From NCBI GenBank assembly GCA_011388275.1, contig DSAB01000119.1:41285-105284 (forward strand): a stretch of DNA of 64,000 nucleotides. The letters run 5' to 3'. Origin of the DNA: a bacterium. Lineage in GTDB: Bacteria; Zhuqueibacterota; QNDG01; DSAB01. The translations under genes were made by a program, and so were the position numbers. How positions within the stretch are numbered: the stretch's first letter is position 1; each line of letters opens with the position of its first letter. This document shows, one piece after another, positions 18,625 to 28,348 of this stretch. The notes below the pieces were generated by a model. That model searched no databases and had not been told where the DNA came from. It was given only the letters and a program-made list of their open reading frames with translations.

Positions 18625-20871
18625 TTAATTCTGAAAATCTGAATTGGTAAAGTCATTGACTCTTTCGACGGAAAGAATGCCTTTCAGACGATAGATTTTT
18701 CTGATAATCCGAGTCAGGTGAGTCAAGTCCTTGACTTCGATGATCATATAAGCGGTGATAACCGCGTTCTCGGTTTTAAGGTTGACTTTTAAAATATTGG
18801 CTTCTGTATTGGAAAGCGTTTCTCCTACGTCCTTTAAAAAGTCGCCCCGACTGACCGCCATGATTTGCAATTGAACCATAAAAGCCTCTTCGCCGTCCAC
18901 AGCCCACTCTACATCTACATTGCGCTCTGGTACTTCCATCAACTTCTTCACATTGGTACAGTCGCGCCTATGAACCACGATACCTTTTCCCTGTGTAAGG
19001 TATCCGACAATGGAATCACCTGGTACAGGATGGCAGCAGCGGGCGAAACGGATAAGCAGATTATCCATCCCCTGAACTCTGATTCCATGAGCGGCACCTC
19101 TTGCCTTGAAAACGAATCGTTCGAAAATATTCTGTCGGCCTTTTTCGATCGGTTGGCTGAAAACATCGGGTGCGAGTGATTTCAGTACCTTATGAAGTGA
19201 TAAATCTCCGGCTCCGAGCTCTGCCAGAAGTCTTTCCATTTTTATGCCGGTTGCTTTGGCATAATCGGCAATTTCCTTCTTGGTAATCTTCAGATTATAC
19301 CTTTTCAATCCCTTGTTTAGCATCTCTTCTCCAAGCTTGACCGCTTCCTGAAACTGGGCTTCTTTCAGCCATCGCCTGATCTTGCTTTTGGCCTTGGAGG
19401 TTTTGACAAATGTAATCCAATCCCTGTTGGGTTTCTGATTGGCTGAGGTGATAATTTCCACCGAGTCCCCACTTTTCAGCTCGGTATTCAAAGGAACGAT
19501 CGATCCGTTGACTTTGGCCCCGATACACTGGAAACCAATATCCGTATGTACCGCGAAAGCAAAATCAACCGGAGTGGATCCGATCGGCATCTTGAGCAGA
19601 TCTCCTTTGGGGGTGAACACAAAAACCTCAGAGATAAAGAGATCCGTTTTTAAAATATCCAAATACTCTTCCGGGTCCAGCATGTCTTTCTGCCAATCCA
19701 CCATTTCGCGAAGCCAGCCGCTGTACCGGTCCAGTTCATCATCGGAATGTCTTCCTTCTTTGTACTTCCAATGCGCCGCAATACCAATTTCAGCCACATG
19801 ATGCATCTCTTCGGTACGAACCTGTATCTCGACCATTTTCCCTTCGGGGCCGACAACCGTTGTATGCAAAGATTGATACATGTTCAGTTTTGGTGTCGCT
19901 ATATAATCCTTGAATCGGTCATGGACCGGCGTAAAAAGGGTATGCACCACACCCAGCACAAAATAACATTCATCGATTCGATTGACTATAATCCGGATGG
20001 CCAGAAGATCGTATATCTCTTCAAAAGGAACATTGCGCTTTTTCATCTTCTGATAGATTGAGTAAAAGTTTTTTGCGCGTCCAGCAACCTGGGCCTGAAT
20101 TCCATGTTTTTGAAGTTCTCTGTCAATGGGTTCCGTAACTTTCCGAATATATTCTTCCCGTTTCTCCCGGCGATCAAACACTTTTTTTACCAAATCAAGA
20201 TAAATTTCAGGTTCAAGAACGCTCAGGGCGGCGTCTTCCAGCTCCCATTTCACTCGCGCGATGCCGAATCGATGCGCTAAAGTGGCGTATACTTCCCGAG
20301 TCTCAAGCGCAATGCGGTGAGCTTTCTTTTCCGGAACAAATTTAATCGTACGCATGTTGTGCAGCCGATCAGCGAATTTAATCATAATGACCCTTAAATC
20401 TCTGGCCATCGAGAAGATCATCTTGCGAAAATTTTCCGCTTGTTTCTCTGCCTGGCTTTCAAATCGCAGTTCGCTGATCTTGGTAACTCCATCAACCAAA
20501 AGCGCAATCTCTTCACCAAACTGTTCTCTTACTTCATCAATGGTAATTCCTGTATCTTCAACGACATCGTGGAGAAGTCCTGCTGAAATGGTTATGGGAT
20601 CCAGCCGCAAATCAACCAGTATTTTTGCGGTTTCCAGACAATGCTCGATATAGGGTACTCCGGATAAGCGAAGTTTGTCCTTGTGTGCCTCATAAGCGAA
20701 TTGATAGGCCTTCTTCAAAGTCGGAATGTCGACATTTTGCGTGTAAGATGTAATGACACGAATCATCTTGTCGAATTGATACCGGTAACGCCGTCTCGAA
20801 GAAGAGTCGAAGCCTCTTGCCTGGTCACGGACATCTTTATTTTTTTTATTCGTTGTCTTTGTGTCAGTCAT
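18625..20871 (-). CDS. relA/spoT: Long RSH bifunctional (p)ppGpp synthetase/hydrolase
   Basis: HD motif LLHDVVEDT, KFADRLHNMRT, RFKDYIATPK.N.YQSLHT, TGS domain (VFTPKGD...DFAFAVHT), CC and ACT domains. Confidence 0.96.
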   Translation of the reverse strand: MTDTKTTNKKNKDVRDQARGFDSSSRRRYRYQFDKMIRVITSYTQNVDIPTLKKAYQFAYEAHKDKLRLSGVPYIEHCLETAKILVDLRLDPITISAGLLHDVVEDTGITIDEVREQFGEEIALLVDGVTKISELRFESQAEKQAENFRKMIFSMARDLRVIMIKFADRLHNMRTIKFVPEKKAHRIALETREVYATLAHRFGIARVKWELEDAALSVLEPEIYLDLVKKVFDRREKREEYIRKVTEPIDRELQKHGIQAQVAGRAKNFYSIYQKMKKRNVPFEEIYDLLAIRIIVNRIDECYFVLGVVHTLFTPVHDRFKDYIATPKLNMYQSLHTTVVGPEGKMVEIQVRTEEMHHVAEIGIAAHWKYKEGRHSDDELDRYSGWLREMVDWQKDMLDPEEYLDILKTDLFISEVFVFTPKGDLLKMPIGSTPVDFAFAVHTDIGFQCIGAKVNGSIVPLNTELKSGDSVEIITSANQKPNRDWITFVKTSKAKSKIRRWLKEAQFQEAVKLGEEMLNKGLKRYNLKITKKEIADYAKATGIKMERLLAELGAGDLSLHKVLKSLAPDVFSQPIEKGRQNIFERFVFKARGAAHGIRVQGMDNLLIRFARCCHPVPGDSIVGYLTQGKGIVVHRRDCTNVKKLMEVPERNVDVEWAVDGEEAFMVQLQIMAVSRGDFLKDVGETLSNTEANILKVNLKTENAVITAYMIIEVKDLTHLTRIIRKIYRLKGILSVERVNDFTNSDFQN

Positions 20872-20904
20872 AATATTGCTGCAGAATTGTCAATATACAG
20901 TCCA

Positions 20905-22311
20905 TTAATATGGAGGTTCTGTCACATCCTCTTCAAAAGCCGGATTCTCAAAACGGGCGTAATGTTTGATGAAATTCAGATGAACGGTTCCCACCGGTCC
21001 GTTCCGCTGTTTTCCGATAATGACTTCCGATCGGCCCTCCAGAGAGTTGCCTTTTTCATCGATTCTTTTTCCGTAGACTTCCTGCCTGTATATGAACAGG
21101 ACCACATCGGCATCCTGCTCAATGGCGCCTGATTCCCGTAGATCGGATAAAAGGGGACGCCTCTCACCCCCTCTCGCTTCCACAGCCCGTGAAAGCTGTG
21201 AAAGAGCGACAACGGGAATATCCAGTTCCTTGGCCAGCGCTTTTAAAGAGCGGGATATGACAGAGATTTCCTGCTGACGGCTTTCCGCATTTCGCGGTCC
21301 TTGCATCAGCTGGAGGTAATCGATTATAAGAATACCGATCTGTTTTTCTTTCTTCAAACGGCGTGCCTTGGCTCGAACCTCGAGAATGCCCACACCGGGT
21401 GAATCATCAATATAAATCGGCGCATTAACAAGATTTCCCACACAGATACTGAGCTTTGACCATTCGTTCTCCGCCAAACGGCCGGTACGGACACCATGAG
21501 CATCAACACGGGCTTCCGCGCAAAGTAACCGAAGAGCCAACTGCCTCTCGGACATTTCAAGACTGAAAAATCCGACCGGGACTTTGGATTCCACGGCGAT
21601 ATTTCGTGCTATATTCAGACTGAATGCAGTTTTACCCATCGACGGTCTGCCGGCGATAATAACCAGATCGGATTGTTGAAATCCCGATGTCAGTTCGTCC
21701 AGTTTGGTGAAACCCGTTGCGACTCCGGTAACAGTTCCTTTTCGTTGATGAAAACGGTCTATGGTTTCAAAGGCTTCATGCATGATTGGAGAAATGTGTG
21801 TAAAGCTTCTTCGAAGCCTATTTTCTGACAAATTGAATATTCTCTGCTCGGAACGGTCCAGAATGTCATAAACGCTTTCTCCCGAATCATAGCAATCTTT
21901 TGCGATATTGGCCGATTCTTCGATGAGTTTTCTCGTCAAATATTTTTCGAGAACGATTCGGGAATGGTATTCTACATTGGCCGCAGAAGGGATGCTTTCT
22001 GCCAGTTCGGTTAAATAAAATGAACCGCCGATATCATCCAATATTTTTTGATTCTTCATAAATTCAGACAGTGTGACCAAATCAACAGGCGTGTTCTTTT
22101 CATATAAAGCCAGTGCGGATTCGAAGATACGACGATGCGCCGTTTGATAAAAACATTCCGGATGCAAATATTCAATGACCTTTCCGATACTGTCGTTATC
22201 GATCATCATCGATCCCAGAACCGCTTTCTCTGCCTCTATGGCCTGAGGAGGAAGCCGGTCAAAGGCCGAGGCGGAAGAAGAAACCGGATTTATTTTTCGT
22301 GCGGTGACCAT
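20905..22311 (-). CDS. dnaB: Replicative DNA helicase
   Basis: PPQAIEAE, AGRPSMGKT, IDYLQL, LSQLSR, DLRESGAIEQDAD, KQRNGP. Confidence 0.97.
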   Translation of the reverse strand: MVTARKINPVSSSASAFDRLPPQAIEAEKAVLGSMMIDNDSIGKVIEYLHPECFYQTAHRRIFESALALYEKNTPVDLVTLSEFMKNQKILDDIGGSFYLTELAESIPSAANVEYHSRIVLEKYLTRKLIEESANIAKDCYDSGESVYDILDRSEQRIFNLSENRLRRSFTHISPIMHEAFETIDRFHQRKGTVTGVATGFTKLDELTSGFQQSDLVIIAGRPSMGKTAFSLNIARNIAVESKVPVGFFSLEMSERQLALRLLCAEARVDAHGVRTGRLAENEWSKLSICVGNLVNAPIYIDDSPGVGILEVRAKARRLKKEKQIGILIIDYLQLMQGPRNAESRQQEISVISRSLKALAKELDIPVVALSQLSRAVEARGGERRPLLSDLRESGAIEQDADVVLFIYRQEVYGKRIDEKGNSLEGRSEVIIGKQRNGPVGTVHLNFIKHYARFENPAFEEDVTEPPY

Positions 22312-23000
22312 GGCGGCTTGTCTCCCACGATTTGATCATAAAGTATGCGCAATGCCTGTACATCCTCCCAGACAGGACGTTTCCATTGTGGATTCCTCAA
22401 CAATGCGGCCGGATGGTACGTGACTCTGCAAGGTATCCCGCCTCTGTCATGGAATTTCCCTCTCAGGCGATTCAGCGGATCTGCGGTCATCAATAAGGTC
22501 TGACCCGCGTATCTCCCCAGTGTGAGAATAACTTTCGGCCCTATGCGAAGTATTTGATCCTCAAGAATCGGCAAACAGCTTTTAATCTCATCCGGCAGTG
22601 GATCCCGATTCTCCGGAGGCCGGCATTTCAGAATATTTGTGATATATACTTCCTTTCTCTCAAAACCGATGGCTTTGAGTATATTATTCAACAGTCGGCC
22701 GGCCTGACCGACAAAAGGCTTTCCCTGTAAATCCTCTTCTCTTCCGGGCGCTTCTCCAACAAGCATCAATGACGCATTGCGATTGCCCTCTCCCCAGACA
22801 ATATGCTTTCGTGTCTGGGCTAACCGGCATCGCCGGCAGATCAAACTCTCTTCCCAAAAGCAAACATCTTGTTGAGATGAAAAAGATCCTTTCAGTGAGC
22901 GATTCGCGTTTTGGAAAAAAAACTCACTGCCTCCGAGTTCAGCCTGTTGCGTGATATACCGTCGAGACAATTCAATCACATCATGTCGATCATCATCCAT
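22290..23000 (-). CDS. udg: Family 4 [4Fe-4S] uracil-DNA glycosylase
   Basis: CRRCRL, GEAPGREED..GKPFVG, NILKCRPP.NR.P, TYHPAALLR. Confidence 0.93.
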   Translation of the reverse strand: MDDDRHDVIELSRRYITQQAELGGSEFFFQNANRSLKGSFSSQQDVCFWEESLICRRCRLAQTRKHIVWGEGNRNASLMLVGEAPGREEDLQGKPFVGQAGRLLNNILKAIGFERKEVYITNILKCRPPENRDPLPDEIKSCLPILEDQILRIGPKVILTLGRYAGQTLLMTADPLNRLRGKFHDRGGIPCRVTYHPAALLRNPQWKRPVWEDVQALRILYDQIVGDKPPWSPHEK

Positions 23001-24246
23001 GAATCGTGCCTTCCCTGAGTCTTGATTCTATTTTGTTCAGGATAAATTCTGCAACTTCAAATTTTGACATAACCGGCAGGGATTCTCTATTCCCCTGTGA
23101 ATCAAAAAATACGATCCGGTTGGTATCTGTTGCAAATCCGGAACTTGGTTCCATGGGATTGTTGAGGCAGATAAAATCCAATCCCTTGTCTTTCAATTTT
23201 TCTTGCGCCCTGTTTTCTCCATCCTCTGTTTCCAGCGCAAACCCTACGACTATGCCCTTTGATCGCTGCTTCTTGACAGTCGATAATATGTCATCGGTTT
23301 TTTCCAGCTCCAGGAGCATAGGTTTTTGGTCCTTCTTGATCTTTTGCTTCGATATATGCCTCGGCCGGTAATCCGCTACCGCGGCCGCCATGACAAGAAT
23401 GTTATGCGAAGGCCAATTTTCCAAAACCGCTTTCTTCATTTCGTCTGCACTTTCAACAGAAATCAGCTTCATCGAACCGGTTTGAGGAATATCGATTCCC
23501 AGCGGGCCCGCAATCAGAGTCACTTCCGCTCCCCGCCATTCGGCCGCTATGGCGCACGCCGCTCCCATTTTTCCCGTAGAACGGTTGGACAGATAACGGA
23601 CCGGATCAAGAGCTTCCCGTGTCGGCCCTGCTGTGACCAAAATCCGTTGTCCTCTCAGGCTACTGCTGGAGACAAGCCCGCACGTGAGCCGGTAGAAGAT
23701 GCTCTCAGGAGACGCCAACCGGCCAGGTCCAACAGCTCCACTCGCAAGTTCTCCCTGCTCAAAATCGATAAATTGAACTCCTCGATTCTTTAGAATATCG
23801 ACGTTAGCCAGATAAGCCGGATTGACCGCCATTTGATAATCCATGGCCGGAGCTATCCAAATTGGGGAACGTGCCGCAAGCAGCAGTGTGCTTAAAAAAT
23901 CATCCGCAATACCCCGGGCCGCTTTCGCGATAATGTTCGCCGTAGCCGGACATATGAGTAGGCCGTCCGCCCACTCGGCCAGATGTACATGACGTGTTTT
24001 AACGGTTTTGTGAGCCGGAAAAAGTTCGGTGATCACTTCCCTGCCGGAAAGTGTCTCTAAAGTCAATGGTCCGACAAAGTGTCTTGCCGATTCAGTCATA
24101 ACCACCTGAACTTCGGCACCAGCCTTGACAAAGTGCCTCAGCACCTCGCAGGCTTTGTATGCTGCGATACTGCCTGTCACTCCCAAAACCAGGTGACGGG
24201 ATTTCAAAGAGGGGATCATTCCCTTTTCAAACATTTTTTCCTGCAT
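22993..24246 (-). CDS. coaBC: Bifunctional phosphopantothenoylcysteine decarboxylase/ligase
   Basis: GVTGSIAAYK, PATANIIAK, TAGPTRE.LDPVRYLSNRSTGKMG, AAVADY, GFALET. Confidence 0.97.
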   Translation of the reverse strand: MQEKMFEKGMIPSLKSRHLVLGVTGSIAAYKACEVLRHFVKAGAEVQVVMTESARHFVGPLTLETLSGREVITELFPAHKTVKTRHVHLAEWADGLLICPATANIIAKAARGIADDFLSTLLLAARSPIWIAPAMDYQMAVNPAYLANVDILKNRGVQFIDFEQGELASGAVGPGRLASPESIFYRLTCGLVSSSSLRGQRILVTAGPTREALDPVRYLSNRSTGKMGAACAIAAEWRGAEVTLIAGPLGIDIPQTGSMKLISVESADEMKKAVLENWPSHNILVMAAAVADYRPRHISKQKIKKDQKPMLLELEKTDDILSTVKKQRSKGIVVGFALETEDGENRAQEKLKDKGLDFICLNNPMEPSSGFATDTNRIVFFDSQGNRESLPVMSKFEVAEFILNKIESRLREGTIHG

Positions 24247-24581
24247 CAGGACGGCCTTTCGCCTTCCGTTGAATCCGAATTTTCCTGAGAATCGGTGTCT
24301 TTATATCGAAACTCAAGATCTCCTTTGGCCATCTCGATGATTGCTACCTGAGAAGGTTTGGGATACTTTTTATATTCTCTCATCAAGGCTTCACGGTCTA
24401 TTTCAACTTCATCAAAATCTTCGCTTTCCCGGTTATCGACGGGAGCCGAGACTCCGATTTCATTCTCGATCTCCTGTTTCTGCTCGTTGGTAATCTGTCT
24501 GGCTCTTTTAAATATGGCCACAACGGACTCATAGATATTATTCGAATGCTGTAAAATTCGATCCAGTAGAATTTCACTCAT
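24246..24581 (-). CDS. rpoZ: RNA polymerase omega subunit (Bacteroidetes/FCB-type)
   Basis: NIYESVVAIFKRARQI...PKPS.VAI.E; sits between gmk and coaBC. Confidence 0.85.
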   Translation of the reverse strand: MSEILLDRILQHSNNIYESVVAIFKRARQITNEQKQEIENEIGVSAPVDNRESEDFDEVEIDREALMREYKKYPKPSQVAIIEMAKGDLEFRYKDTDSQENSDSTEGERPS

Positions 24582-24599
24582 AAACAGTACCTCCTGAAA

Positions 24600-25163
24600 C
24601 TATGGATTGGATACAATTGTCTCAATAACTTCCTGAATGGTCCGGTCAAGATCATCATTAATGATTTTCTTGTCATAATCAACAGCCAAATCGATCTCAT
24701 GACGCGCATTGCGCAATCTCGTTTTCAGTGACTCCTGGTTTTCTGTTCCTCTGTTCTTCAGCCTCTCTCTGAGCACATCGAGACCGGGAGGCACGAGAAA
24801 GATCAGCAAAGCGCCTGGATGGGATCTTTTTATTTGAATGCCTCCCTGAACATCAATATCGAGCAGCACGGTCAGCCCGTTTTGAAGAAACGATAAAATC
24901 GGCTGCTTCGGTGTTCCGTAAAAATGATCATGAACTCTGGCCCATTCAAGAAATTCATTTTGTTTGCATTTTTGCAGAAAATTCTTTCTGCTCAGAAAAT
25001 AATAATCCCGGCCATTTACCTCATCTGTTCTCGGCGGTCTGGTGGTCGCTGAAACAGAGTATTTGAAATCAGGGAAACGCTTTAGGATGGATTGTATAAT
25101 CGTGGTTTTCCCTCCACCGGAAGGCGAAGATAAAACCACCAATCTTCCAGATTGCTTCAGCAC
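24600..25163 (-). CDS. gmk: Guanylate kinase
   Basis: SSPSGGGKTT, SATTRPPR..EVNGRDYYF, YGTP, DIDVQG. Confidence 0.97.
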   Translation of the reverse strand: MLKQSGRLVVLSSPSGGGKTTIIQSILKRFPDFKYSVSATTRPPRTDEVNGRDYYFLSRKNFLQKCKQNEFLEWARVHDHFYGTPKQPILSFLQNGLTVLLDIDVQGGIQIKRSHPGALLIFLVPPGLDVLRERLKNRGTENQESLKTRLRNARHEIDLAVDYDKKIINDDLDRTIQEVIETIVSNP

Positions 25164-25166
25164 AAG

Positions 25167-26045
25167 TCACTCCAGGTTTTGAACCTGTTCTCTGATCTGT
25201 TCAATTTGATCCTTCATCCCAACAATCAAATGACTGATTTCCGCATTGGTGGCTTTTGAGGCAATGGTATTTGCTTCCCGGTTGATCTCCTGTAATAAGA
25301 AAGTGAGTTTTTTCCCCGCCTGGTCATTTTGTTTCAGAAAATCTTTGAAAAGGGAATGATGGCTCCTGAGCCGAACAATTTCTTCGCTGATATCAAGCCG
25401 ATCGGCCATGAGAACAGCCTCTGTGTTCAGCCGTTCAGAATCCAGGTTCGCATCCAGGGCCATAGTCTTGATTCGTTGAATCAATTTTGCATAAGCATCT
25501 TGAACATGATCCCGAGCGATTGATTCGATTCGATGGAGCAGATCATCCAACGTATTGATTCGATTAATTATGTCCTCCGCCAGCGTCTGACCTTCACGAA
25601 GCCGCATCTCCTTTAAATCTTTCAAGGCCAGTGTCAATGCCTCTTTTATTAATGCCCAGTGGTTATCCGCCGATTCTGGCCCATCAGCAGATTCGAACAA
25701 TTCGGGAAAATGTAACAAATGGTCGAGGCTTGGGGATTCATCCAAATTGGCCGCATTCAACAGCGTTTCGAGCAGAGACCTGATCTGTTTAGTCAATGGA
25801 ATATTCACTTTATAGGGAACCTGCGGCTGATTTTCATCATGAATGGATATTGTAATGTAAATTTTCCCTCGAGTAATCTCCTGTCTGACAATCCGGCGCA
25901 CTTCAGGCTCGTACTGTGTCAGGTTTTGAGGCAAACGGCATGAAATATCAAGAAATCGATTATTGACCGAACGTATTTCAACATTGACGCCGACTCCATC
26001 TTTCTTGGCCTCTGCCAGACCCAATCCGGTCATGCTGTATACCAT
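25167..26045 (-). CDS. yicC: YicC/YloC-family endoribonuclease
   Basis: SMTG.G, SVNNRFLD, DISEEIVRL, GKKLTFLLQEINREANTIASK, EQIREQVQNLE. Confidence 0.95.
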   Translation of the reverse strand: MVYSMTGLGLAEAKKDGVGVNVEIRSVNNRFLDISCRLPQNLTQYEPEVRRIVRQEITRGKIYITISIHDENQPQVPYKVNIPLTKQIRSLLETLLNAANLDESPSLDHLLHFPELFESADGPESADNHWALIKEALTLALKDLKEMRLREGQTLAEDIINRINTLDDLLHRIESIARDHVQDAYAKLIQRIKTMALDANLDSERLNTEAVLMADRLDISEEIVRLRSHHSLFKDFLKQNDQAGKKLTFLLQEINREANTIASKATNAEISHLIVGMKDQIEQIREQVQNLE

Positions 26046-26094
26046 TTCATGCCTTTCTTAAAGCTTTTTAAGTTTAAATAAATTGTGAAGTTAT

Positions 26095-26123
26095 AACTTA
26101 CGAAAATAAATTTCTACTGTCAA
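26095..26123 (-). promoter_or_regulatory. Sigma70-type promoter for the yicC-gmk-rpoZ-coaBC run
   Basis: TTGACA (26123-26118), 17-nt spacer, TAAGTT (26100-26095), about 50 nt upstream of the yicC ATG in an AT-rich gap. Confidence 0.7.
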
Positions 26124-26183
26124 TATGAAAAATGATTTTTTATCTGTTTTTATTGCCCTTTATCCTGAGTGTAATTCAGAGAA

Positions 26184-27203
26184 TCACCAGCTTAAAAGCA
26201 TCTTTTTATTCCAATTGATGCTCAGCGATACATAATGGGAGTTTCCCAAATCGATATGGCGGGCGAAGCAGTAGTCAACGGCAAATGCGGATATAATCAA
26301 TCCCGCACCGGTTGCAAAATGCCCCCGATCTATTCCCGCGCGGAGTGCGATTCGATTATGCACCAACAGTTCAAGTCCGGCATGCAGATCAAAACCGGCC
26401 CGACCCCACGACAGCTGGGCGGCACTTCCCATATTCTCAAAATTGGCACCGATGTCAAGCACCGGTCTGAACTGGAATACCGATATTTGAAACGGATAGG
26501 CAGCACCTATTTTCATGTTCGGCAATATTTTTTCCTTTCTTCCCGGATTCCAGACGATCCATGTGGTTGTGGCATCCCATAATACAAAGGCACATTGCAG
26601 GTTTGAAACAGGATTCCACCATATACCGGCGTCGAATCCGAGACCCCAGGCTGTGTAATCGCCGACATGTTTATGGATAATTCGAACCGTAGATCCATAA
26701 TGGAATCTTTCATGAACACGCTTTGCGTAAGTCATCATAAAAGCCCATTCGGCGTTGCCGACCGTTTTATAGATATAGGGAAGGTTTTGTATCAAATTAC
26801 CCTCCTCATCAGTAAAGAGTTCTCCCAGACTGTATTCAGGGTTGATCAATCGTGTATACGGTATATTGTCTACGCCAAGACGATAGATACTGATCCCCAA
26901 CGACGAACCATTGGAAATAACGGGTATTCCGATTCCGACAAAATCACGATTGACGATTCCGGCAAACCGTTCCGCATGCATTCCCTGAACCTGAACATGG
27001 TCGAGAAAGGCGAAACCGGCCGGATTCCAGAATGCGCTTGAAGCGTCTCTGACCAAAACGGAGAAGGCTCCTCCCATGGCCAGACCTCGGGCACCGACTC
27101 CGGATCCCATAAACTCTCCGGCGTATTTGGCTGTTTTCCACTCTCCGCCTCTCAGGCCGCCGGCCAGTAAAAAAAACAGCACCAATATGCTTTTCGGCTT
27201 CAT
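26184..27203 (-). CDS. PorV/PorQ-family outer-membrane beta-barrel
   Basis: Signal peptide MKPKSILVLFFLLAGG; GVGARGLAMGGAF...DASSAFWNPAG; GFDAG; LRAG. ATG 27203 follows GGAG. Confidence 0.75.
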   Translation of the reverse strand: MKPKSILVLFFLLAGGLRGGEWKTAKYAGEFMGSGVGARGLAMGGAFSVLVRDASSAFWNPAGFAFLDHVQVQGMHAERFAGIVNRDFVGIGIPVISNGSSLGISIYRLGVDNIPYTRLINPEYSLGELFTDEEGNLIQNLPYIYKTVGNAEWAFMMTYAKRVHERFHYGSTVRIIHKHVGDYTAWGLGFDAGIWWNPVSNLQCAFVLWDATTTWIVWNPGRKEKILPNMKIGAAYPFQISVFQFRPVLDIGANFENMGSAAQLSWGRAGFDLHAGLELLVHNRIALRAGIDRGHFATGAGLIISAFAVDYCFARHIDLGNSHYVSLSINWNKKMLLSW

Positions 27204-27229
27204 TTGATTCTCCGGTCTCAACTCTTTAA

Positions 27230-27258
27230 AACATAATAAAATGGAGAATAAAAATCAA
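27230..27258 (-). promoter_or_regulatory. Putative sigma70-type promoter for the PorV-like gene
   Basis: TTGATT (27258-27253), 17 nt, TATGTT (27235-27230). Confidence 0.45.
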
Positions 27259-27370
27259 CTGGTATTTTGCTGTTTCATACTGTTTTTGTATCTTTTACGG
27301 CCGTTTTGGTTCCGCGATATGGAGAACGGGAAATGGACTGCCCGAATCATTTCGGTTTTCAGTAAATTGT

Positions 27371-28333
27371 TTAGGAGTCGACCGGTTTAAAGAGTACAAT
27401 AAATACAACACGTGGCAGCAGAATGAAACGAAAAAGGAATGACAGGCTTTTTTTCAGGAGATCTGTGGGGCAGAATCGTATAATCGATTCTAAAAGTAAA
27501 AGATAACTTGTATAGATCCTGAAAGATCTCGTTTTGATTTTTATGGGAATAATTCTTTTCAACGGATTGGGCAGCAGAAACACGGTTTCAAGACGTTCGA
27601 ATCCGGCGGGTCCGGCCGCTTTCCGTAAATCGGTGATGCAATACTCCTTTAAATGGAGACCCACATGGCAGCGAACACCCAGGAGGGACTCTATTCCATT
27701 CGGTCCGAATAATGCATGAGGCGTCTTCAAAATGTACCGGCCGCCCTTTTTCAAAATACGTGTCACAGATCGCAGATGGGGCATCAGGTCGTCCGGATGC
27801 AGATGTTCCAGTACATTGCTGGAAATCACCACGTCATATTGATTTTCTTTTTCAAATCGATGCAAATGAACTCCGTCACAAGTGCCGTAATTTAAACGCG
27901 GATGTTTTCGGCTTTGGCTTTCCCCCCTTTCAGCCGTTATATCACATCCCCTGCAATCATGGCCTGTCTCGGCCAATCGAAAAAGAAGATCACCCGTTCC
28001 CGATCCGATTTCATAGATTTTCATCGGAGAAGGCCCGACAAGTTCGATAAATTTATTCTCACGTTCTTTCGAGTCACGCGGACAGGATGTCGCCTCATTG
28101 AGCCAGGGAAGTTCTCGATAAAATCGGGTATAAACGGATCGGGACGTTTCCCAGCGTGTTTCCGGAGAGGATTTTATCAGACGGCGGGCCAGTTCGACCT
28201 CGAGATTCCAGTGTTTTTGGATCATATCGGGATCGATGTGGACATTATCCGGAATATGAAGCAGCTTCCTGTATTTTCTTATGATTTCCCGGCCGGAGAG
28301 ATTATTCAGATATCCTTTTTGATCCATGTTCAT
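27371..28333 (-). CDS. Class I SAM-dependent methyltransferase (last gene of the EPS locus)
   Basis: IYEIGSGTG motif I; YDVVISSNVLEHL; LKKGG.Y. Confidence 0.85.
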   Translation of the reverse strand: MNMDQKGYLNNLSGREIIRKYRKLLHIPDNVHIDPDMIQKHWNLEVELARRLIKSSPETRWETSRSVYTRFYRELPWLNEATSCPRDSKERENKFIELVGPSPMKIYEIGSGTGDLLFRLAETGHDCRGCDITAERGESQSRKHPRLNYGTCDGVHLHRFEKENQYDVVISSNVLEHLHPDDLMPHLRSVTRILKKGGRYILKTPHALFGPNGIESLLGVRCHVGLHLKEYCITDLRKAAGPAGFERLETVFLLPNPLKRIIPIKIKTRSFRIYTSYLLLLESIIRFCPTDLLKKSLSFLFRFILLPRVVFIVLFKPVDS

Positions 28334-28348
28334 CGAATCTTTTCCGTT

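Noticed and set aside
20872-20904. TTGACA between dnaB and relA/spoT
   Set aside because: Only 16 nt from the relA ATG with no -10 element at proper spacing.
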